24,000 bases of DNA from Natrinema caseinilyticum (GCF_024227435.1 NZ_CP100445.1:1213369-1237368); one strand, 5' to 3'; shown: positions 14,289 through 23,073, counted from the first letter of the stretch. Numbers and translations: made by a program. The notes: a model not told the origin generated them from the sequence alone.

Positions 14289-17200
14289 ATGAGTTCACGG
14301 CCGCTGACCGAGAGCCTCCGAGAGACGCTCGCCCTCTTCGACGGGTCCGGGGCTCCGCGGACGACGAACGAAGTAGCGGACCGCCTCGACCTCGGCCGAC
14401 GGAGCACCTACGATCGACTCGAGCGACTCGTCGACTACGGGCAACTCGAGACGAAGAAGGTCGGCGCGAGTGCGCGCGTGTGGTGGCGGTCTCGGCCGCC
14501 GAGGAGCGATCGGGCGGCTGGCACCGGTGACGGTCCCGTCGTCCCCGAATCGGTCGTCGAAGCCGTCGAGGAGTACGCGATCTTCGTACTCGACGCCGAC
14601 GGCTACGTCCGAAGCTGGAACGCGGGGGCCGAACGGATCGAGGGGTACGCAGCCGACGACGTGCTCGGCGAACACGTCGCGATTTTCTACACCCAGGACG
14701 ACCGGGACGCCGACGCCCCCGAGTCGAACCTCACCGCGGCCGCCGAAACCGGGTCGATCGAGGACGAAGGATGGCGCGTTCGAGCGGACGGCTCACGGTT
14801 CTGGGCGCGGGTCACCATCACTGCGATCCGCGACGAGGACGGCACCCTCGAGGGATACACGACGGTCACCAGGGACCTGACCGACCGACGCGAGCGCGAA
14901 CAGCAGATCCGCCGCGAACACGATCTCGTAGAGCGTGTCCTGGAGGTCAGCCCGACCGGGATCGGCATCTTCGACGACGATGGCGAACCGCGGCGGCTGA
15001 ACCGACGGTTTACCGAGTATCTCGGGATGGACGGAGACGGCTCGGCGGAGTACGCGCTGGGTGATCGGCCCCTGCTCGACGAGGACGGCGACGAGATCCC
15101 CCCGTCCGAGCGGCCCGCCCCGCGAGCGCTCGCGACCGGCAACCCGGTCGAAGACCAGCGCGTTCGAATCGACGACGGAGCGACGCGGTGGCTCTCGGTG
15201 AACGCGGAGCCGCTCGACGGTGATTCCGGCGTCGTCGTCACGATGACCGACGTCACCCGACTCGAGGAGCAGACCCGAGGCCTCGAGCGCACGCGCGAGG
15301 AGCTCGAAACCGAACTCGAGGTGGTGTTCGATCGGGTTTCCGAGGCGTTCTGCGCGCTCGACGACGATTTTCAGTTTATGTACGTTAACGACCGGGCCCA
15401 GGAACTCTTCGACTTCACGGAAACCGAACTTCTGGGAGCGAACGCCCTGGAGGTGCTGTCCGTGGCCGACGACGATCCGATTCGGGACCGCTTCGAGGCA
15501 GCCATGGCGACCCAGACCGCGACGAGTTTCCAGCGGTACTCTGAGCCGCTCGGTATCTGGGAGACAATCAGGGTGTATCCCTCTGAATCCGGGCTCTCGG
15601 TGTACTTCACCGACATCACCGAGCACAAAGAACGCGAACGGGAACTCGAACAGTACGAGCGGATCGTCGAGACGATCGACGACGGCGTTTACGCAGTCGA
15701 CGACGAGGCCCGATTCGTCATGGTCAACGACGGGTTCTGTGAGCTGACGGGCTACGCTCGCGAGGAACTCCTCGGCGAATCCGCGACGATGATCCACGAC
15801 GACGGGATCACGCCACGGGCCGAAACGCTCTCCGAGGAGATCGCGACCGGTGACCGCGACGTCGCGAATATCGAACTCGACGTTCACACGAAGGGCGGTG
15901 AAACCGTTCCGTGCGAAAGCCGACTGGCACCCTTCCCGATGGAGGATGCCGCCGGGCGCTGCGGCGTGGTTCGCGACATCTCGAGCCACCTCGAGCGGGA
16001 GGACCGACTCACGAAACGAGTTCGACAGCAGGAAGCGGTCGCCGATCTCGGCCAGCGGGCGCTCGCGAGCCACGACGTCGACGCGCTATTAGCCGAGGGC
16101 GCCGACCGACTGGTCGAAACGCTCGAGACCGACTATTGCAAGGTACTGGACCTCGATTCGGCCGCGGAATCGTTCCTGCTGCGTGAAGGGGTCGGGTGGG
16201 ACGGGGACGTCGTCGGCGAGGCGACCGTCCCGGCGGTCGGAAACGATTCACAGGCGGCATACACGCTGACCGACGGGGGACCCGTCATGGTCGACGATCT
16301 CGCGACGGAGTCGCGCTTCGGCAATATCGAGGATTTGACCGATTACGAGATCACGAGCGGTATCAGCGTCGTCATCGGGACGCGAGCCGATCCCTGGGGA
16401 ATCCTCGAAGTCCACGACGTGGACCGTCGAGCGTTCTCCGATCACGACGTCGCCTTCGTCCAATCGGTCGCGAACGTGTTCAAGACCGCCATCGACCGAC
16501 GCACCGACGAGCGAGAACTCGAGCGCCAGCGCGAGCAACTCGTCGCGCTCAACAACCTCAACGACGTCGTCCACCGCATTTCCGAGGCGGTCGTCGATCG
16601 GTCCACGCGCGAGGAGATAGAGCGGGTCGTCTGTGACCACCTCGCCGAATCGGACTCCTATCTGTTCTCGTGGATCGGCGACGTCGACGTCGCAACGCAA
16701 ACGGTGAACCTGCGAGCCGAGGCCGGCGTCGAGGGATACCTCGACGGAATCACGATCTCAGCCGACCCGAACGACGAGCGAAGTCGGGGGGCGACCGGCA
16801 AGGCAATCGCGACGGGCGAACTCCAGACGACCCAGGACATCGCCGCGGATTCAAGGTACGACCCCTGGCGGAGCACGGTCGAGGAGTTCGGCTTCCGTTC
16901 GTCGGCGGCGATCCCGATCGTTCACGAGGAGACGATTTACGGCGTGTTGAACGTCTACGCCGAACGGCCGGAGGCATTCACGGGCCAGGAGCGGACGGTG
17001 ATCAGCCGACTGGGAGAAGTGGTGGGTCACGCCATCGCCGCTGCCGAACGAAAGCGAGCGTTGATGAGCGACGACGTCGTCGAACTCCAGTTCCGAATCC
17101 GAGACGTCTTCGAATCGCTGGGGACCGGACTCGAGACGGCTGGCACGATCACGCTCGATCACACCGTCCCCATCGAAAACGAGGAGTACCTCGTCTACGG

Positions 17201-17735
17201 CACCGCGACGGAAGACGCAGTCGAGACGGTCGAGTCCCTCGTCGAATCGCTTCCCCACTGGACCGACGTGACGTTCAGATCCGGGAGCAGGCGGACGAAC
17301 TTCGAACTTCGCCTCTCCGAGCCGCCGGTGCTGTCGACGGTCGCCTCGCTCGGCGGGTCCATCGAAGACGTCGTCATCGAGGACGGCGACTACCGGATGT
17401 CGATCCACCTGGCACCGGGTGCGGAGATCCGTCGAATCATCGACGTCGTGCAGTCGACATACTCGGGGGCAGAATTACTGAAGCAACGCCAGGTCACGCG
17501 CGGCGATACCACTCCGGAACGCGTCCGAGACGTGCTGTCGGACGACCTCACCGACCGCCAGCGCGCGACGCTCCGGGCGGCCTACCACGCGGGATTCTTC
17601 GAGTGGCCGCGCGACGCCTCGGGCGAAGACGTCGCCGAGTCGCTCGATATCGCGCCGGCGACGTTCCATCAACATCTCCGACGGGCCCAGCAGAAAGTAT
17701 TCGAATCGTTGCTCTCGGACACGGCGGCGGCCTGA
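14289..17735 (+). CDS. Bat-type (bacterio-opsin activator-like) sensor/transcription regulator: N-terminal wHTH, 4 PAS, 2 GAF, C-terminal HTH_10
   Basis: 1148 aa. The N-terminal wHTH is TTNEVADRLDLGRRSTYDRLERLVDYGQLETKKVGASARVWW. Four PAS-like modules each end in a TDIT/RDLT/RDIS + ERE boundary. Two GAF-like modules follow (..WGILEVHD.., ..IYGVLNVYAERPEAF..). The C-terminus LTDRQRATLRAAYHAGFFEWPRDASGEDVAESLDIAPATFHQHLRRAQQKVFESLL is the HTH_10 signature. Confidence 0.9.
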   Translation: MSSRPLTESLRETLALFDGSGAPRTTNEVADRLDLGRRSTYDRLERLVDYGQLETKKVGASARVWWRSRPPRSDRAAGTGDGPVVPESVVEAVEEYAIFVLDADGYVRSWNAGAERIEGYAADDVLGEHVAIFYTQDDRDADAPESNLTAAAETGSIEDEGWRVRADGSRFWARVTITAIRDEDGTLEGYTTVTRDLTDRREREQQIRREHDLVERVLEVSPTGIGIFDDDGEPRRLNRRFTEYLGMDGDGSAEYALGDRPLLDEDGDEIPPSERPAPRALATGNPVEDQRVRIDDGATRWLSVNAEPLDGDSGVVVTMTDVTRLEEQTRGLERTREELETELEVVFDRVSEAFCALDDDFQFMYVNDRAQELFDFTETELLGANALEVLSVADDDPIRDRFEAAMATQTATSFQRYSEPLGIWETIRVYPSESGLSVYFTDITEHKERERELEQYERIVETIDDGVYAVDDEARFVMVNDGFCELTGYAREELLGESATMIHDDGITPRAETLSEEIATGDRDVANIELDVHTKGGETVPCESRLAPFPMEDAAGRCGVVRDISSHLEREDRLTKRVRQQEAVADLGQRALASHDVDALLAEGADRLVETLETDYCKVLDLDSAAESFLLREGVGWDGDVVGEATVPAVGNDSQAAYTLTDGGPVMVDDLATESRFGNIEDLTDYEITSGISVVIGTRADPWGILEVHDVDRRAFSDHDVAFVQSVANVFKTAIDRRTDERELERQREQLVALNNLNDVVHRISEAVVDRSTREEIERVVCDHLAESDSYLFSWIGDVDVATQTVNLRAEAGVEGYLDGITISADPNDERSRGATGKAIATGELQTTQDIAADSRYDPWRSTVEEFGFRSSAAIPIVHEETIYGVLNVYAERPEAFTGQERTVISRLGEVVGHAIAAAERKRALMSDDVVELQFRIRDVFESLGTGLETAGTITLDHTVPIENEEYLVYGTATEDAVETVESLVESLPHWTDVTFRSGSRRTNFELRLSEPPVLSTVASLGGSIEDVVIEDGDYRMSIHLAPGAEIRRIIDVVQSTYSGAELLKQRQVTRGDTTPERVRDVLSDDLTDRQRATLRAAYHAGFFEWPRDASGEDVAESLDIAPATFHQHLRRAQQKVFESLLSDTAAA

Positions 17736-17891
17736 GGCCCACGGAATACCTCGTGCGGTCACACCACTCGCCCGGTTCTTCGGGGACGATCCGGATCGGC
17801 TAGAAATCCGCAACCTTCGGTCATAATTTCGTCGAGCATCCAATCGAGCAGTTATATTTCGCCCGCTCTAATCGTTAGTTCAGTGACAAGG

Positions 17892-17897
17892 TTTATA
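17892..17897 (+). promoter_or_regulatory. TATA box for the 17924 gene
   Basis: TTTATA, centred about 30 nt upstream of the ATG at 17924, which fits a leaderless transcript. Confidence 0.5.
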
Positions 17898-17923
17898 CTC
17901 TGATACGCGACTGTGTCCACCAT

Positions 17924-18355
17924 ATGGCACGTGAGAAAGCGACAGTCAACCACGAGGACGACCCGTTTCCCGCCGAATCGAATCCACAGCAGACAAGACC
18001 GATCAGCACCGAAACGACGGCCACGGCGACCATCGCGGCGACGAGGCCGACGTCCCCTCCCGCCGGTTCGGACGGCGACGGCCAGAACACGCTGACTATC
18101 ATCGGTCAGGGAACGCCCTCGAGCTTCGAGCTGACAGTCGACGGCGAGATCGAACTGGCCGACGAGGACCGGGTCGAGGACGTGACCGTCCTCTCGGGGA
18201 CCACCGTCGAAGGGACGATCGAAACGGGCATGATAACGTTCCGATTCACCGGCGACCTGACGAACGTCACGTTCGTCGACCGTGGGATCACCGGCGACGA
18301 GCCCGCGACCACGCCGAACGTCCACGTCGACTACGCCGAGCCGGAGCGGGCGTAA
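17924..18355 (+). CDS. hypothetical protein (143 aa) with a Thr/Pro/Ala-rich N-terminus and a beta-rich acidic C-terminal domain
   Basis: Track ORF. The C-terminal part LTIIGQGTPSSFELTVDGEIELADEDRVEDVTVLSGTTVEGTIETGMITFRFTGDLTNVTFVD is compositionally typical of a real haloarchaeal protein, and a TATA box sits at the correct spacing. No family recognised. Confidence 0.65.
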   Translation: MAREKATVNHEDDPFPAESNPQQTRPISTETTATATIAATRPTSPPAGSDGDGQNTLTIIGQGTPSSFELTVDGEIELADEDRVEDVTVLSGTTVEGTIETGMITFRFTGDLTNVTFVDRGITGDEPATTPNVHVDYAEPERA

Positions 18356-18520
18356 TCGGTCGCGTTTCGATTTCCGTCGCGCGACGTCGTCGACACCGCT
18401 CGCGATGCGTCACCGGTCCACGACGCCTCGCTGGTTCGCGACGACCAATACAATCATGTGTCGTGACCACCTCGATCCGATAGCGACACAGACTCCCGAC
18501 CGGGAGCGAAGCGTATTCCC

Positions 18521-18832
18521 ATGGACGACCCCACTACTGACGACGAGGCCGAGGCCGACGCCGAACCGGAACCCGAAACCGACGCAGAGTGGATGGAGCC
18601 CGCAGACAGGCCGATCCTCGAGTTATTACACTCCGAAGAGGACATTTTCGAGCCGAACCAGATCGACGACGAGGGGCTCTGCCCCGCGAAGTACGCCGCC
18701 TATCGGTGTCGCGAGATGACCAAGTACGGGCTCCTCGAGAAAATCATGCCGGGCTTCTACGAGGTGAGCGACCTGGGAGAACGCTACCTCGCGGACGACC
18801 TCGACCCGAGCGACCTGGAACCCGACGGCTGA
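18521..18832 (+). CDS. small winged-helix protein (PhiH1-repressor-like/MarR-like) with an acidic N-terminal tail
   Basis: 103 aa. WMEPADRPILELL...PNQIDDEGLCPAKYAAYRCREMTKYGLLEKIMPGFYEVSDLGERYL matches the haloarchaeal and halovirus wHTH pattern (W...D..ILE.L...P..I......Y...R...L...GL.....G.Y.i.d.G..YL). Confidence 0.65.
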   Translation: MDDPTTDDEAEADAEPEPETDAEWMEPADRPILELLHSEEDIFEPNQIDDEGLCPAKYAAYRCREMTKYGLLEKIMPGFYEVSDLGERYLADDLDPSDLEPDG

Positions 18833-18837
18833 GGCGC

Positions 18838-21387
18838 TTACGAGATCGATGCTGGCGGGCGACGGTCGTCACCCGGGTCGGTCGCCTCGTCCGTCGACTC
18901 GATCGATCGACGACCGTCGCCGAGCAACGCGTCGATCACGTCGGTCGCCGCAGGCGCGTACAGCGGACGGTTATCGTTGCCACACCGCGGATCCATGAGG
19001 CAGGCGGGACAGCCCTCGTCGCGCCCGCACGGGCAGTCGGTCATCAGCTCGCGAGCCCGTCGAGCGACCGCCTCGTACTCCTCGTAGATGCGCCGCGAAA
19101 ATCCCAGGCCGCCCTCGACGCCGTCGTAGATGAACCACCCGCTCGTCTCGGACGCGTCGGGAAGCCGGTTCGTCGCGAGGCCGCCGAGGTCGGCCGCGTC
19201 GACGGTCAGCTCGAGGGGCGTCACGGCGATCATCGCGTGTTCGATGGCGTGAATTCCCCCGAGGTAGCCGTGGAGTCGCGGCGGCAGGTCCTCGCAGTCG
19301 TCGTTGTGGTAGTCGCTGTGTGCGGCCGTCACCGCGCGTTCGACGTCCGTCGGTACTTCGACCCAGCACATCTGCGTTCGCATCTCCAGCGGCGGGACGC
19401 CGGTCTCGAGGCCGACGGCCCGAACGTCGCCCGTGCCGATCTCCCGTTTCGTGAACGTGTCGTGGTGAACGGTGACCGTCCCGTACCCCCAGTTGAGCCG
19501 GAACGAACCGACGTCGCGAGAGTCGCGAACCTCGGTCTCGTAGATCGTCGTTCGACGCTGTGACTGGGTGTAGTAATCGACGTCGACCGGCTCGAGTTCG
19601 ACGACTGGCTGGGGTCGGTCCGCCCGCAGATCGACGACTTCGTACTGGTCGCCCCGATACAGAACCGTCGCACCCACGTGATAATCCCGATAGGCGCGTG
19701 CGCGTCCGATCGGCTGGTGATCGAACGAGTCGTCCCCGGCGAGTCGAACCTCGAACGCGTCGCCGCCCGACGCGTAGAGGCTGATTTCGCCCTGCGGCCG
19801 GTCGCGATGGGCGTACGTCACGCCGCCGTCGAGCGATCCCTCCAGGTCGCCCGTCCGTCGGCCGTACTCGACGGCCCGCTCGAGCCGATCGATGCCACCG
19901 AACCGGGGCGCGTCCTCGCGGCGCAGCGGCAGTTCCTGGGCGGCACAGCGCAGGTGCTGCAGATAGACGGGATTGTTCTCGAGATCGACGACCGCGCTCT
20001 CGGGGGCTTCCTCGAGGAGGGACTCCGGGTGACGCAAGACGTACTGATCGAGCGTCGCGTGACGGGGGACGAACACCGAGAGCGCCTCGCGCTCGTCGCG
20101 ACCCGATCGGCCGAGTCGCTGCCAGAACGACTGACGGGTGCCGGGATACCCGAGCAAGACGGTGCCGTCGATTCCCCCGACGTCGATGCCGACCTCGAGT
20201 GCGCTGGTCGTCGCGACGCCGTCGAGTCGGCCGGCTTTGAGCCCGGTCTCGGTATCGCGGCGGGATCGCTTCCCGTGGCCCGCGTTGTACGCCGCGAGTT
20301 CGGTCGCCCCCCGGTAGGGGAGTTCCGGGCGCTCGAGGAACTCCCGTGCCCGTCCGACGGCCAGTTCCGTCTGTTTGCGGGAATCACAGAACAGCAGCGA
20401 GGGAACGCCGCGAGAGCAGCAGTACGCCCAGACCTCGGGTGCCTCGACCGTCGCGGGTCGTTTGCTGGGGCTCCACCCGGCGGTGTCGGCATCGACGCCG
20501 GTCGCGCCGCCGTCATCCTTCGCCGGCGGATCCCAGAACACCATGTGGCGACGGCCGCTCGGCGAGCCGTCGTCGTCGATCACCGTCGCCGGTTCGCCGG
20601 TCAACGCGCGGGCGTGCTCCGACGGGTTACCGATCGTCGCGGTCGTCAGCACGTACTGGGGATCTCCGCCGTACCAGTCTATCACCCGCCGCGCTCGCCG
20701 GAGAATCCAGGCGGCGTGCATCCCGCTGATACCCGTCCACGCGTGGGCCTCGTCGATCACGACCAGCGAGCAGTTCGCGTGGAACGACGCCCAGCGGTGG
20801 TGACCCTCGAGATAGTGATTCAACCCCGCGAAGTTGGTGATGACGACGTTCGCCTCGTCGCGAATCCGCGCTTTGTCCTCGCGTTTCGTGTCGCCGTCGT
20901 ACACGCCGACGGTGACGTCCACCCCGAGCGACTCGAAGAGCGCGTTCAGTTCGCGTTCCTGGTCGCGGCTGAGCGCTTTCGTCGGGTAGACGAGAAGCGC
21001 GCGCACGTCGGGGTTCTCCCCGAACCGTCGTGCGAGGTGTAACCCGTAGACGTACGTCTTCCCCGAGGACGTCGACGTCGCGACGCAGACGTTCTCGCCG
21101 TCGGCCAGCGCCTCGAGTGCGGCCGCCTGGTGGCTCCAGAGGTCGACACCCAGCCTCGCCCCGAGTTCCGGCGGCAAGACCCGCTGAGCCGGCACGTGGC
21201 GGGCCGGTTCGGCCGGCAGCGAAATCTCCTCGTGAACCTGCCCGCGATAGCGATTCTGCGGATAGCTCTCACGGAGCTCCGCGCCGGTCATCGCGAGGCC
21301 GTCCGATGCTGTGGCGCGCGCTTCGGAGTTCGCGTTTGGCGTGCCGTCCTCCTCGATAGTCGAGTCCGCTGGGTCGTCTCCAGGCAT
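18838..21387 (-). CDS. DEAH-box SF2 helicase with C-terminal DUF1998/MrfA-type zinc-binding domain
   Basis: This is the C-terminal 849 aa of track ORF 18838..21909, with the start at the ATG at 21387 (MPGDDPADS...), 2 nt after the upstream gene's stop. Motifs are ATSTSSGKT (Walker A), VVIDEAHAW (DEAH), TATIGNP, the helicase C-domain LGRSGR, and the terminal Cys cluster CPCGRDEGCPACLMDPRCGND. Confidence 0.85.
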   Translation of the reverse strand: MPGDDPADSTIEEDGTPNANSEARATASDGLAMTGAELRESYPQNRYRGQVHEEISLPAEPARHVPAQRVLPPELGARLGVDLWSHQAAALEALADGENVCVATSTSSGKTYVYGLHLARRFGENPDVRALLVYPTKALSRDQERELNALFESLGVDVTVGVYDGDTKREDKARIRDEANVVITNFAGLNHYLEGHHRWASFHANCSLVVIDEAHAWTGISGMHAAWILRRARRVIDWYGGDPQYVLTTATIGNPSEHARALTGEPATVIDDDGSPSGRRHMVFWDPPAKDDGGATGVDADTAGWSPSKRPATVEAPEVWAYCCSRGVPSLLFCDSRKQTELAVGRAREFLERPELPYRGATELAAYNAGHGKRSRRDTETGLKAGRLDGVATTSALEVGIDVGGIDGTVLLGYPGTRQSFWQRLGRSGRDEREALSVFVPRHATLDQYVLRHPESLLEEAPESAVVDLENNPVYLQHLRCAAQELPLRREDAPRFGGIDRLERAVEYGRRTGDLEGSLDGGVTYAHRDRPQGEISLYASGGDAFEVRLAGDDSFDHQPIGRARAYRDYHVGATVLYRGDQYEVVDLRADRPQPVVELEPVDVDYYTQSQRRTTIYETEVRDSRDVGSFRLNWGYGTVTVHHDTFTKREIGTGDVRAVGLETGVPPLEMRTQMCWVEVPTDVERAVTAAHSDYHNDDCEDLPPRLHGYLGGIHAIEHAMIAVTPLELTVDAADLGGLATNRLPDASETSGWFIYDGVEGGLGFSRRIYEEYEAVARRARELMTDCPCGRDEGCPACLMDPRCGNDNRPLYAPAATDVIDALLGDGRRSIESTDEATDPGDDRRPPASIS

Positions 21388-21389
21388 GG

Positions 21390-22910
21390 TCAAAAGTCGG
21401 CGAGTCCCGTTTGCGTCGTTCCGTCGGCCGGCGACCGATTCCGTTCCGGTGACCGCGCAGTCCTCTCGAGCCGGGCGCTCGCGATGGCGTCGTAGATCGC
21501 CGCCAGTTCGCGGACGTCCGCCTCGCAGTACCCTCGCGCGGCGTCCCAGTCGATCTCCGACGCTCCCGCGGCCGCGTCCTCGTCCGGCTCGACGGTCGGG
21601 GTACCCGCCCCCTCGAGCAGCCGTCGTATTCGTTCGGCCAGCGTCTTGCCGTCGAGGGCAGCCGTCGTCCCCGACCGAGCACAGCCCAGGGCGTCGGCGA
21701 CGTCCTCGAGTCGGTTCGTTCGACCCGGCAGGACGGCGTTGTCCCGTCTCACCGCCCAGTCGTAGAGGTCGTACGTGGACACGTCCTCGTCCCAGTACTC
21801 GCGATAGTCGGGTGCGTAACGGGAGATGAACCGCTCGAGATGCTTGTAGTCGAACGCGTGACCGTTCCAGGCGACGAGCGAAGGGGAGTCGTACTCCGCG
21901 GCCAGCCACGAGACGAACTCGCGGGTCGCCGCACCCGGCTCGTCGCGGGTCGGCTCGGTGTCGACGAAGTCGACGTAGTCGTCGCAGTCGGGGTCGTAGA
22001 CGCCGATCAGCCAGAGTATCGTCGGCTGCAACCCGTCCGTCTCGATATCGACGAACAGCGGCGTCGATCCCTCGGGGGCCGGCGGAACCGGCTCGTCCGT
22101 GCGACGGACCACGCGCGACTCTGCGAGCGCACGCGCGCTGGACCCGATCTCTCGAGCCGTCGTCGCGCCGATTCCGTCGATCGATCGCAATTCCGCCGCC
22201 GTCGCCTCGGCGACGGCCGCCCGCGTGTCGTACCCGGTGGAGCGGAGCCGATCCGCAGTCGCGGGCCCGACGCCGGAAAGCGCTCGGAGGCCGAACCGGT
22301 CGGCCGGGACCGACGAGACCGCCACCGAACCCCGTCGATCGCAGGTGAGACAGGCGAGTTCGGCCGCACCGGATCGCCGTAACGGGGCGACACCCCGAAC
22401 CGGCAGCCTGACGGGGTCGCCCTCGACCGTCGCCTCCCAGACGTGATCGTAGCTCGCCTCGAGCGCGCCCGTGAGGAACGTCGTCGGGGCGCTCGACCGA
22501 GATTGGTAGCGGGCGACGGCGTCACGGCCGGAGAGGGTCGCGTCGAGCGAAACGGCGTTGGTCGTCGGCTCGAGGTCGTCGCAGACGACGAAATGGGCGT
22601 TCCACGGATCCCCAGCGGTGTCGACCTGCTCGTCGCTCAGGTCCCCGAGCAGCGACGGGGCGCTCGAGAACACGATCGAGACGCCGGCCACCGTTTCTGT
22701 TCGCATTTCAGCGGGGCCGGCGGCGGAGATGACCGGGCCGTCGAACGCTCGGCGAAGGCGGCTGACGACTCGAATATCCGACCGCTCGCGGACCACGTAG
22801 ACGAGGTCCGGATCGAAGTACTCGAGTGCGTCCTCGAGCGCGGCGGCCCCGAAATCGGCGACGGTGTCGCAACGAATTCCCAGTAGCTCGACACCGTCGC
22901 CCGCTGTCAT
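21390..22910 (-). CDS. multidomain protein: unknown N-terminal domain, tandem HhH motifs, and a C-terminal YprB/MrfB-like RNase H-fold exonuclease
   Basis: This is the C-terminal 506 aa of track ORF 21390..23129, with the start at the ATG at 22910 (MTAGDGVELLG...) behind a TATA box. HhH motifs are LSGVGPATADRL and IDGIGATTAREI. Exonuclease motifs are LFVDIETDGL, WNGHAFDYKHL and YCEADVREL. Confidence 0.75.
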   Translation of the reverse strand: MTAGDGVELLGIRCDTVADFGAAALEDALEYFDPDLVYVVRERSDIRVVSRLRRAFDGPVISAAGPAEMRTETVAGVSIVFSSAPSLLGDLSDEQVDTAGDPWNAHFVVCDDLEPTTNAVSLDATLSGRDAVARYQSRSSAPTTFLTGALEASYDHVWEATVEGDPVRLPVRGVAPLRRSGAAELACLTCDRRGSVAVSSVPADRFGLRALSGVGPATADRLRSTGYDTRAAVAEATAAELRSIDGIGATTAREIGSSARALAESRVVRRTDEPVPPAPEGSTPLFVDIETDGLQPTILWLIGVYDPDCDDYVDFVDTEPTRDEPGAATREFVSWLAAEYDSPSLVAWNGHAFDYKHLERFISRYAPDYREYWDEDVSTYDLYDWAVRRDNAVLPGRTNRLEDVADALGCARSGTTAALDGKTLAERIRRLLEGAGTPTVEPDEDAAAGASEIDWDAARGYCEADVRELAAIYDAIASARLERTARSPERNRSPADGTTQTGLADF

Positions 22911-22933
22911 GGCGAAAGAATGCGTGCGAGCCG

Positions 22934-22940
22934 CTATAAG
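22934..22940 (-). promoter_or_regulatory. TATA-like box for the nuclease-helicase operon
   Basis: The minus strand reads CTTATAG, centred about 27 nt upstream of the ATG at 22910, which fits a leaderless transcript. Confidence 0.5.
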
Positions 22941-22950
22941 CGTTCGTGGA

Positions 22951-23050
22951 CTCGAACGAGGGCGAGTAGCGACGGAAAAGGGCGTGCAGCGATGAAAAAG
23001 GGCGAGTTGCGACGCAAAAGGGCGTGCGGCCACGGACGAGAGCGAGCGTG
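22951..23050. repeat. tandem array with an exact 20-bp period (3 good and 2 degenerate units)
   Basis: Core units are GACGGAAAAGGGCGTGCAGC (22971-22990), GATGAAAAAGGGCGAGTTGC (22991-23010) and GACGCAAAAGGGCGTGCGGC (23011-23030). Degenerate units flank them at 22951-22970 (13 of 20 matches to the first core unit) and 23031-23050. The array lies between the thioredoxin stop (23074) and the nuclease-gene TATA box. Confidence 0.7.
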
Positions 23051-23073
23051 ACGGGCGAGAGCGAGCCGCTGCG

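Noticed and set aside
21388-21909. N-terminal extensions offered by the ORF track: the helicase as 1023 aa, the nuclease gene to 23129, cobT to 5444, the thioredoxin to 23904, cobY to 5563 and cobD to 3832.
   Set aside because: The extensions are Arg-rich and overlap the upstream gene in another frame. The internal starts abut the upstream stop codon within 0-2 nt or sit 26-30 nt from a TATA-like box, and they begin with family-typical N-termini (MCGGAGTRL, MRILLPAGT).
22951-23050. Possible CRISPR array, because of the regular short repeats.
   Set aside because: The units are directly adjacent with a 20-bp period and no spacers. They are too short and too degenerate, and no cas genes or leader are nearby.
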